Under the pieces are notes generated by a model, which saw only the letters and a list, made by a program, of their open reading frames with translations, was not told the origin of the DNA and ran no database searches. Position numbers and translations under genes: made by a program. This document shows, in pieces, positions 52,205 through 62,714 of a stretch of 64,000 bases of DNA (position 1 is its first letter; the number at the start of each line of letters is the position of its first letter). Origin of the DNA: Eledone cirrhosa (lineage: Eukaryota); contig OZ024740.1 of assembly GCA_964016885.1 (NCBI GenBank), forward strand, positions 243,102,001 to 243,166,000, in the 5' to 3' direction.

Positions 52205-52858
52205 GCGACTTTTTGTCATGTCGCCATCACAACCACTTTACAGTGTGGGCTGGAGGCTTCACTAGATGTATGCTACAGCCTGTATGGGAGGTTGGGTGGT
52301 GCATATTATATATGTATGTATGCTTCAGCTTCAACGTGTGCCCATGGGAAGGTGGGTCTTCTGTATTACTGCATAACACCAGAGATCCCAATCCTGTGTC
52401 ATCGTCTTTGAGAGGTACAATTGAGCAAGGTCAACTTTTATCACCTCATCCCATGTCTTCCTCGGTCTCTCCATTTTATGGCTTCCATCAACTTTCAGCG
52501 CTCTGCACCTTTTTATACAGCTGTCATCTTTTATATGCATCACATGTCCATACCAATGAAATCTCCTCTCCTGCACACTGCATCCAATTCCTCATATGCC
52601 CAGTTTCTCTCTCAGTTCATTTATGCTTTGCCATACACATAAATTACTATTACACATCCAACATAGCATACACGTTTCATTTCTTTCTAATCTATGGAAG
52701 TCTTCTACACACAGCACCTAGGTCTCACTAACATGCAACATTGCTGTTCGTATGCATGCATCATACAGGCCACCTTTCATTTTGAAGGAACAGCCTTTTG
52801 TCGCTAGCAGTGGTAGTAACTCCCTGAACTTCTTCCATCTCATTCTTACTCTGGTTAA
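52205..52858 (-). mobile_element. RTE A1 3' fragment
   Basis: QERRFHWYGHV..PMGTR*. Confidence 0.85.
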
Positions 52859-52876
52859 ATCATACATATATGTAGA

Positions 52877-52960
52877 TATATTCGTGCCTCATATTTTTGA
52901 GCATTTTATCAGGCGATGGCAATGCTCGAACACAAGTTTTCAGCCATCATATATATATAT
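52877..52960 (+). mobile_element. Short 3' end of the C2H2-bearing RTE with (AT)n tail
   Basis: IRASYF* plus gatggc..gccatc stem-loop. Inverted homolog of 53470-53552. Confidence 0.75.
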
Positions 52961-53319
52961 AAAATAATTAAGTCAAATATGTAAAATTTGGCTTCGTTTA
53001 TTATCAATTATAGATATACTGCTATATATATTTCGGCAGTCCAAATTGGTGTGGTAGAGACAGGTACACATGTTGTTGAAGTGTGTTTTACTCCATCAAT
53101 ACTCTGATATGTCCAGTTCCTGGTTGTGTTGTTATTTCTCTGAGGAACTGGAATCATATGATTCCAGTTCAACAACATGTGTACCTGTCTCTCGCACACC
53201 AATTCGGACTGCTTGAAGAGGTGACAGCCAATGATGGCTGTCACCGAAATATATATAGCAGTATATCTATAATTGATAATAAACGAAGCCAAATTTACAT
53301 ATTTGACTTAATTATTTTA
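52960..53319. mobile_element. Fold-back (inverted) Penelope-like pLTR remnant
   Basis: Arms 52960-53080 vs 53168-53319. Contains a hammerhead motif. Confidence 0.6.
53208..53262 (+). ncRNA. Type I hammerhead ribozyme motif (C3>U variant)
   Basis: actgc-TTGAAGA-ggtgacagcca(atga)tggctgtcacc-GAAA-tatatATA-gcagt. Confidence 0.7.
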
Positions 53320-53409
53320 CATTACTCCGGAGTAAACAAACCAACCTGCGCACTTCGTCGAGTGCTCCAATCTGCATACTGAGGGGTCGGTAAACAACCA
53401 ACATATACT

Positions 53410-53413
<4 letters not shown>

Positions 53414-53487
<74 letters not shown>

Positions 53488-53870
53488 TGCAAACTCGTGT
53501 TCGAACATTGCCATCGCCTGATAAAATGTTCAAAAATATGAGGCTTGAATGTGGCTCTTTAAACCAGCCAGAGACTTGCACCCTCTGGCACATACATGGC
53601 AACTGTAGGTTCCTCCAGGACTTTCCATTGCTTTGTTCTGACTGTGTGTTCTCATGTGTCTTTTAAGACCTCCCACGCTAACACATTCCTTGCCACATTC
53701 CTTACACCTTTTCAGATCATAATCTACACGAGGTCTACCGATATGACTTTGTTCGTGTCTAGTCAAACCAGCTTTGCTCAGGCAGACTCGACCACGGTGC
53801 TGGCACATCAGAAGATGTTCAACAGCAGGCAGTTCAGACCAATCTCCTTTCCTTACCGTCCTTTTCAGTG
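53414..53870 (-). mobile_element. RTE-type LINE 3' end encoding three C2H2-like zinc fingers, (AT)n tail
   Basis: C..(R)GRVCLSKAGLTRHEQSH, CKECGKECVSVGGLKRHMRTH, CHVCARGCKSLAGLKSH, then stop, terminal stem-loop and long (TA)n. Confidence 0.72.
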
Positions 53871-54149
53871 TATATACACACACACACATAAATGATATAT
53901 ATATATGTTCATATATATATACATACAAACATATATATAATTGGCAGTAGCACTAAGACACTAAGCATAATAGAGGTGTATATGAAGATATATAAACATA
54001 TATATAATACCTTTATATACAATAAACATATGGGTGGCCTCGCTGACAAAGAAAAATATTTTTATGTAACAAAAAGAAATGAAACAAAAAAAATTATATT
54101 TTTCTCTATTTCTATCTATGAATATATCAGAGTAGCCAGTGTATTCTGA

Positions 54150-54202
54150 GAATATCAGACAACACTGTTTCAAGATGCATTAATCTTTCATCAGTGACAC
54201 TC
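54150..54202 (-). ncRNA. Intact type I hammerhead ribozyme motif
   Basis: Minus strand: gagtgtca-CTGATGA-aagat(taatgc)atctt-GAAAca(gtgt)tGTC-tgatattc. All core bases present and three stems pair. Confidence 0.8.
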
Positions 54203-54452
54203 ACTTGGGACATTCTGGCATGGGATAGTCTATATTGTATTTTGCATGATAATCACCTGCTAGGGAGGAGGTGATAAGCAAGTAGTGAGGGGCAACTTAC
54301 ATGGCTTATTTGATATTGATTAGAGAGCCTCTCCATATTGGAAGGTTTATAGAAGTTAATTGTTCATAGAGAGAGGAGAAATGTGTGTCAAGGTGTGTTA
54401 TATGTACACACACATACACACACACATATATATATATAAGCGAACACATAAT

Positions 54453-54733
54453 CAGTGTTGCGTCATATACATATTTAATTACATATTACATGTTTCACTG
54501 TCGATCAGCTCGAAGAATGATCGATTAATGATCGATCCTATCTCTGGAATCGGAAGCTGCTCAGATATGTGTTTGCATGTATACTCGCGTCTACACTCTG
54601 AGAAACGAGTCTACATGTAAAAACATATCTGAGGAGCTTCCAATTCCAGAGTCAGGATCGATCATTAATCGATCATTCTTTGAGCTGATCGATGGTGTAA
54701 TATGTAATTAAATATGTATATGATGCAACACTG
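54453..54733. repeat. Long imperfect inverted repeat (fold-back)
   Basis: Arms ~54453-54587 and 54606-54733. Partial third copy at 54853-54910. Confidence 0.85.
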
Positions 54734-55201
54734 TTATTTTGTTCCCTAATTATTATTATTGATACTCAGCTCCCCAGACGCATCGAGTGCTCATTTTGGG
54801 ACACCGCTAAAAATGCAATTAATTTGCATCTCTAATACCTAATAGCTTTTGGTTCCAGAGTCGGACCAGATCGATACAGATCGAACCTTGAGCTGATCAA
54901 TAGTGAAACGTGCGTCACCAATCAATAAACATAATGAACGCTTAACAAATCGTCCTTGTATTATTATATATATTATTGATTAAAATGATAGGAGGCCGGA
55001 CCGGCGAAATTCCTTCAAAGTTTTATTCCTGCAAACACTATGTACTTTACAGTGGCCAGGTTATATAGGATCCTGGTGATATCATCAGGTGTATATTGCA
55101 TAATAGTTATATAATAAAGGAATAATGGTAAACACAATCCAAGAGGCTATAAGGAGAGAAAGCAGAGAAAAAATATTTTTGACTTGAAGGTGATCAGTGG
55201 G

Positions 55202-55258
55202 CTAGTTGTTGATAGTTTGGTTGACTGCCTTAAAGTCAACCAAACTATCAACAACTAG
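55202..55258. repeat. Perfect 25-bp-arm hairpin
   Basis: ctagttgttgatagtttggttgact / gccttaa / agtcaaccaaactatcaacaactag. Confidence 0.9.
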
Positions 55259-56384
55259 AGGAGGAGTAGGAGACAGAAATTGCTTGGAAGCTCATTGAAA
55301 ATGTGAGTGTATGTAATTGTGTAAGTGTGCATATATGTGTGCATGTATATATATCTATGCCTTTGCTATTCATTCAACAACTTTAATGCAAGTATTGACA
55401 TGTGTTTATGTCCTGCATAAACAAAAGTCCCATGACTCAGAGATTTGATGTGTGTACCTTACCTACAAAAAAGAAACCAGTTCATATCAAGAAGGACATT
55501 CAGTCATAAAATACTGCCTTGAAAAATATTTCATCGAACCTATGCTAGTATGAAAAAGTAGATATAGAAATGATAATGATAATGTGTGTGTGTGGACAGA
55601 CAGACAGACAGGCAGACGTTAAACAGAAAAAAATTGGTTGAATGGCAGAATTGATAGAACATAGAACAGAATATCTTGTGGCATTTATTTATATCTTTTT
55701 ATGTCTGAGTTAAAATCTGACCAATATTGACTTTGCTATTAATCTTTCCGAGGTCAATAAAATAGGTACCAATGAATGAGAACAATAGAGTATTATAACT
55801 TATAAAACAAAATAACAATATCATTATATGTCATTGTTGCTGTTGTTGTAGTTTAAGAACTGATCAGTCTCAATCAAACAGAACAGTGATCAAAGACAGT
55901 TCCACCATGATCATACCGTCTTTATGTAAATCTAGAATTATATTCTTGAAAGTCTCCTTTTTGTCTAAAGTAGTCTGCAAATTGATGGACATTTAGCTGC
56001 TATTTGTAGCAGCTCTCTTCTTGATTCATGCTATGATAAATAAATGGATAATGTTAGTTTTGTAAAATAAAGATAAGTAAATGACTACAAAATTGTCATT
56101 GTCAGTTTCAGACAGTAAAGAGATCAGCTTTGACAGGTCTTCATTAATCTTTCCTATTAAATACACCAATATCTACAGCGTAGGTGACATAATCTCACCA
56201 ATACACACTGCAGCTTAGAACTAATTTCCCCCTGTAATGTTATAATGTCCATCACTAAGATCAGCAACTATCAGTCTGATAGCCATTTCATAGTTTTATA
56301 CACAAGCACACACTTTATATATATGTATATATTAGCAAATGTGCACATGGAAAAATTGATACAGAAGATGGACAGACATACACA

Positions 56385-57762
56385 CATATCATCATCATCA
56401 TCACCATTTAACATCTATTTTCCATGCTTGCATGAATTAGACAGATTTTCATGTACTGTGGCTAAAAACGTTTTAACTTGGTTTCTATAGCTTGATACTC
56501 TTCCTAGTGCCAATGACTTTACAATGTGTACTCAGAGCATAGTTTTCACATCTGGATGCACTTCCTAATGCCTATTACTTTACAGCCTGTACTATGAGCA
56601 TTTTATTGTGACTCTGGCACTACCAACTTATAGAGTGGGCTAGGTATTTTTCATTGTAGTACCAGCACTACTACTAGAGGGTACACTGGGTACTTTTTAT
56701 CATGGCAACAACACTACTACTTTTACAGAGTGTACTGGGTGATTTTCATTGTGGATCTGGTGTACTTGGTGCTTTTCATCATTGCACCAGCACTACCACA
56801 TTACAGAATGGGCTGGGTGCATTTTATCGTGACATCAGCACCATCTCATTACAACACTAGAGTGTCCACTGTCTTTGGTCTGAATTGAAGGTGTATAAAT
56901 GAGAATGATACAAGCTATATGGCATGCAGGGTTGGGGGTACAAACATCCCAACATGAGACACTGAATCATGAGGGAGGCCTTAAAGCAAATGAGTGATGT
57001 CTGACATATTGTGAGGTATGCCTGGCTTTCTGTGTTCACATGGGCAGGGTGAGAGATGTGAGTCAAGGATGCAAGTGTGAAATGGAAGCATAGGTTGGGT
57101 GGGGAAATCAGAATCAGGCAAGATTCATCCTAGTTTCCCATGTAAGCATAGGTTGGATGAGGAAGGGATGGTGGGGAAGTCAAGAGTATACTGGGAGTTG
57201 GGAACCTGAATGTTGTTCTGTCTCTCTACATGTTCCATCCCACTTGTGTGGGAAGGTGAGTTTTCTGCAGCATGACATACCACCAATTACCTTGGTCCTG
57301 GGTCATCACCTTTGCGAGGTTCAACTGCATGAGGTTGGCCTTCACCACATCACAAATTTTCCTTGGCCTTACTTTCCATAGGTTCCATCGACTTGGAACA
57401 CTCTACATTTATTTATGCACTGTCAAGCACCATATGCATCATTACACACCAATGCTGTCGCTTCACCTGCACACTACATCCAATCCCTCTTGTGCCCAGT
57501 CTTTCACTCAGCCCATTGATGCTTTGTTACTTATGTACACTACTATTACACATTCACTGGAGCATACTTGCCTTATTTCTTTCCAATCTTTGTCAGTCCT
57601 CCACATTCAAAGCTCAAGTCTCAAATCCATGCAGCATAGCCATTCACACACAAGCATTATACAATCTGCCTTTCACTCTGAGGAAGAAACCCTTTATAGC
57701 CAGTAGTGATTGTAGCTCCCTGAACTTTTTCCAGTCAGTCCTCACTCTGGCTTTTGTACTTC
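56385..57762 (-). mobile_element. Older RTE family A 3' fragment with expanded 3'UTR repeats
   Basis: WKKFRELQSLLA, homology to 10790-11310, multiple UTR subrepeats at 56480-56860. Confidence 0.75.
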
Positions 57763-57905
57763 CATATATATGCACACACGCACACACATATATATACTAC
57801 CAAAATTAAATTAAAGATGTCATGTCTGAGATTATCAGAAACATGCGCCATGCCACCTGTAGAATAAGCTCAAAGATTCTAAGGAATAAATCTGGGCATT
57901 TACTG

Positions 57906-58262
57906 ACATTAAATTAAAAATCAATTAACATATATATTAAAAAAAAAACACATCAAACAATTACAGGGGATAATTTGTGAAGAGTGTAAACACACATAGT
58001 TACGGAGGTAACATATTAAAAATTAACGAGAACCTTGCAATAATGATTAATCTCCTTTGTATATATTCCATTGAAGAAATATATTTCACCATTAATCAGT
58101 GAATCACAGATGTTAAATCTTGGATCATTGGCAAAAGGTATATTCAAGATTCTCGTTAATTTTTAATATGTTACCTCCATAAGTATCTGTGTTTACACTC
58201 TTTACAAATTATCTCCTGTAATTGTTTGTTCTGTTTATTCTATATAAATCAATTTTTAATTT

Positions 58263-58267
<5 letters not shown>
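57906..58267. repeat. AT-rich fold-back element (MITE or inverted Penelope end)
   Basis: Arms ~57906-58037 and 58145-58267. Confidence 0.8.
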
Positions 58268-58306
<39 letters not shown>

Positions 58307-58311
58307 TCAAT

Positions 58312-58925
58312 ATTCCGGTACCTAGGAGATCAGATTAGCATGGGAGGAGGGTGTTCCGAGGCCATAGTATCTAGAATAAGGACGGGTTGGAAGAAGTTTA
58401 GGGAGCTGCTTCCTCTGTTGACGAAGAAGGGTTTCTCCTTGCGTACGAAAGGCCGGTTGTATGATGCCTGTGTGAGGAGCGCGATGCTGCATGGTAGTGA
58501 GACATGGGCAGCAACTGCAGAGGATATGCGTCGGCTGGAGAGAAATGAGGCAAGCATGCTCCGTTGGATGTGCAGTGTAAATGTGCGTGAACAACCCAGC
58601 ATAAATGTGTTGAGAGAGAAACTTTGTCTGAGAGGGATAGAATGTAGTGTACGGGAGAGGAGACTGAAGTGGTATGGACATGTGATGCGCATGGAGGATG
58701 ACTGATGGGTGAAGAAGTGCCAGGAATTGCCAGTTGAAGGAAGACGTGGTAGAGGTAGAACACAAAAAACATGGGCGGAGGTGGTGAGAACAGACCTCAG
58801 ATCATTGAAGCTCACGGTGGAGATGACGAAGGACCGTGACGAGTGGAGAGATGCTGTGCTGAATAAGACCCGTCCCACCCTTGCAAGCAGGGAAAAGCGG
58901 ACGTAAAATGATGATGATGATGATG
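58312..58925 (+). mobile_element. Young RTE A2 3' fragment
   Basis: FRYLGD..WYGHV..ASREKRT*, single TGA at 58703, (GAT)n tail. Confidence 0.92.
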
Positions 58926-59099
58926 TGTAAAGAGATAGATAGCAAGAGGTGTAGGGGGGGTTCTAATTTGTGGATGTGTGAGTGTATGTATAGATACATG
59001 CTTATATCCTTTACCAAGAAACAGGATATATATTTCACTGTGCTTCGAGCTGCTCTAGCAAAAGTTAATACATTTAATACATATGCAACCTATGCACGG

Positions 59100-59473
59100 G
59101 TTAAAACATACATCTAGTATGCACTTTCACCTCCCACATCCTAACACACCCACTCATGTACCTAGATCTACCTCCCCAATCCCCACCCAAGTCCCCAGGC
59201 CACACTGTAAAGTGGTCGTGATGGTGACATGGTAAAAAACACTCAGCCCCCACTGTAAAGTGGTCATGTAGGTGCCATGATAAAAACCACCCAGTACTCA
59301 CTGTAAATGAGGTTGCCATTAGGAAGGGCATCCAACTGTAGAAACCAAGCCAAAACCAGTTCTGTATGAGCAAGACACAGTCACCTGATCTGACTTGTCT
59401 GACAATGGGACAACTTGTCTAACCCATGCTAGCATGGAAAAATTGACATTAAATGGTAATGATGATGATGATG
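59100..59473 (+). mobile_element. RTE A1 3'UTR copy
   Basis: UTR subrepeats and (GAT)n. Inverted homolog of 49062-49400. Confidence 0.8.
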
Positions 59474-59674
59474 GTATATACATACAAACACATAATATAA
59501 ATGGTTAAGATTTTGTATAACAAACTTAAATAATACATGCAAATATGAATGAAAAAAGTGATAGAACCACCTGTGGGAATCGAACTACATATCTGTTGAA
59601 TGCTGGACAACTGCATATGCAACTAGTTACAGAGAGCAAGAGAGAGATGATTTCATCATCATTACATCCTTTAC

Positions 59675-59969
59675 GGTGGATTGGCAGTATCGGTAGAGGG
59701 TCAGACGCCATGCTTTGACGCATAGAGTTACGGCCCTTGCCATTCTGAGTTCAAATCCCACCGAGGTTAACTTTGCCTTTCATCCTTACGGGGTCGATAA
59801 AATAAAGTACCAGTAATACACTGGGATAATTGCTGGCCTTGTGCCTAAAGTAGAAACAATTATTTTACATCCTTTACATACTTTGCCTTTCATCCTTACG
59901 GGGTCGATAAAATAAAGTACCAGTAATACACTGGGATAATTGCTGGCCTTGTGCCAAAAGAAGAAACAA
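59675..59969 (+). mobile_element. SINE S1 with tandemly repeated 3' half
   Basis: Full copy 59675-59859, then a second 3' half at 59881-59969. Confidence 0.9.
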
Positions 59970-60188
59970 TTATTTTACATCCATTTTTCCATGGGTTGGA
60001 CAGACCTGAACATTTTCCACCCATTGGTCTTTTCTCCCTTCCTTAGCTGTCCTTCATTTCACAACCTATTGTAGTCATTCAGCATCTGACACATACAACA
60101 AAGAAGAACTAACCATTCACTTTTGATGTGTAATGCTACTATGTATGTATGACTGGATGCTTTTCATGTCACCAGTCATCCTCTACAG

Positions 60189-60491
60189 CAAGCATTTCAA
60201 ACATGCGGCCCGCAGGCTGCATGCGGGCCTTTACAAGCACACCTGCAACCCACACAAAGGTTTTTACAACGTGAGCATGTTTTATTTTTGTAATATAAAA
60301 TTTTAAAAAACTGTTGTAATGTATGCAATTAGTTATCATGTGTGGCCCTCAGACAACACATGTGTGACCCATGTGGCCCTCGGGGGGACCCTCAGTTTGA
60401 CATGCCAGCCATAAATACCTCGTGTGTGGCCCTCAGACAACACATATGGGACCCACGTGGCCCTTGGAGGATCCTCAGTTTCCCATGCCTG
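60189..60491 (+). mobile_element. hAT (Charlie-like) MITE
   Basis: 8-bp TSD ctctacag (60181-60188 / 60492-60499). TIRs caagcatttcaaac / gtttcccatgcctg. gcggccc subterminal motifs. Confidence 0.85.
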
Positions 60492-60944
60492 CTCTACAGC
60501 ATGGAGTGGGTGTATCTTATAGTGACACAGACATATATATACATATATATCAGCCAAGTCATAACAACCTGACTGCTCCTTGACAGTATAGTTAGGGGTT
60601 CTAACTCTAGTGCTGTTACTTATACTCGCTATAGCTCTTTTCAATCGCTGATAAAACCTTACCGACACCACTTGAGTAAGGTAATTATTTAACCCATAAA
60701 TGGGGCTCTAAAAGGTACTACTGCTCCAGGCCAGAGCAGACCTGGGAGTGATAACAACCAAGGGGTAACTCCACATTTCCCACAGCTCCTGAACTCCCAA
60801 ACTGGAACCTTGCCACTGGATGCAGTTTAATGTCATACTCACAAGGAGGATCGGTGGATGATGGTTGGGCTGTCTCTGAGACACAACAGAAAAATATAAA
60901 GATCTCAGTTTTGTCTTGCACAAGAGCCATTAAAATTGGCACAC

Positions 60945-62712
60945 AAGTGTGGGGCTGTTAGGATGCTGGAGAAGAGAGAGACATTGGGTCATCTGTTTGA
61001 GGAGAATGGTGTACAGATCCTTGCAATTGAAGAACACAGGATCCTACATGATGAGCCCATGAAGTGAACAATGATTGGAAGGAAGAGCCAGCTCCTCACT
61101 ATATCATCTGTGAGGAACACAGCTAATGCTGTAGGAGGAGTGGGATTTGTGTTAAGTGCAGGAGCCAACCAATTAGTGAGGGAGGTCATACCTGTCTCCC
61201 CACGAGTTTTGAAGGTGACCTGTAGTGCAGCTGAGGGGACAGTGATAAGAGTGCAGAGGAGTTCTATGAGGAAATGTGTAGAGCTGTCAACAACACATGA
61301 ACTCACAACATTCAGCTTGTCCTGGGTGCAATCCAATGCATATCTGAAACTGGAGACTACTGAGGATCACCCTACTGGAGGCGAACCTGATGGCAACAAC
61401 CAAAGGTTTAGGAAGAAGCCGGGGAAGATGTGGACCTACATCTCTGATATGCACCGACAAAGTCTCATATTGATTTCATTCTGGTAAGGAAGAAGTGGCA
61501 AAATAGTGTTCTGAACACAGAACCCTACAGTTATTTCAGTACACTGGGCAGTGACCACCAGCTTGATATGGGTGAGGTCTGGGTGAGTTTAACAAAGAGT
61601 AAGGCTAAACCCAGGAGAGCTATCTATGATAGGGGAGCTTTCAAGGGAGATGATGAGTTACCGGAGAGATATACAGTAGAAGTGAGGAGCAGGTTCAGTG
61701 CTCTATGTGGAGAGGCAGAGGAGAAAGAGAATATGAAAACTGAGGAGAGTGTGAAGAGGAGGTACAGGTACTTCACCACTGCAGTGGTAGAAGCAAGTGA
61801 GGCCCTGGTGCCAAGGAGAGAGTGGAAGAGAAGGGACGACAGCTCTGCAGACACAAAAGTGTGTGCAGCCAGAGAACACCTGAGAGCTACCAAGGACTAA
61901 TTCATGCTGATTGTACGGAGGAGAGGAAGAAGAATGTGGAGGTGAGGAAAGAAGAACTCTGTGCTGCTTACACCGAAGTCAAAAAGGAGTTGCTGATGGA
62001 GAAGATCATGAGTGTAGAGAGAGGAGTTGACAGGTTTAAGTGTAAAGAGAGCTGGACAATCATCAACAAGATCACAGAGAGAAAGAGAGGGATTTCAATT
62101 CAGATCTGGGGGAACAGGGCCCAAGGATAGGAAGAGGAAGTGGCTGAACCATTTTAAGACCCTACTAGGAAAGCCACCTTCCACAGCCCAGAACACCAAG
62201 GATCAGACAGCTATTTGAGGAACTGGATATTGAGACAGAACCCTTCACCAGAGAGGAGCTTCAGAGAGCCAAGGAGAAGATCAAGGAGAGTAAGGCCCAT
62301 GGAGAAGATGGAGTGGCATCTGAGGTGATGGAGAGGTGTGATTTTCATGATACCATCCTGGAGTTCTGTAACCAGGCACTGGAGAAAGGAGATTCCCCGG
62401 ATCAGTAACATCGTCCCAATACCAAAGAAAGGAAATCTCTCTAGCACCAACAACTACAGGGGGATCTCACTGACATCACTTGTGGCAAAGACCCTCAACA
62501 GGATGATTCTTAACAGGATCCAGCCCGAGATAGAGAAGAAGCTCCAGAGAGGGAAGATCAACCACAAGTTACTTCTTGATGCTGAGGAGAATTCTGGAGG
62601 GAGCTAGAGCAAAAAGCTTTCCCACTGTCATGGTTTTTATTGACTTCAGGAAGGCTTTTGATTCTGTGGACCGAGACTGCCTGATGAAGATCTTACAGGT
62701 TACATCCCTAAG
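60945..62712 (+). mobile_element. RTE/RTEX-group LINE, degenerate endonuclease + N-terminal RT
   Basis: LAIEEHR, IDFILVRKKW..SDH, IVPIPKKG..NYRGISL, VFIDFRKAFDSVDR. Interrupted by CR1. Confidence 0.85.
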
Positions 62713-62714
62713 AT

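Noticed and set aside
52886-53544. One large MITE with 75-bp TIRs
   Set aside because: The outer arms are better explained as two tail-to-tail 3' ends of the C2H2-RTE, since the right one continues into its ORF.
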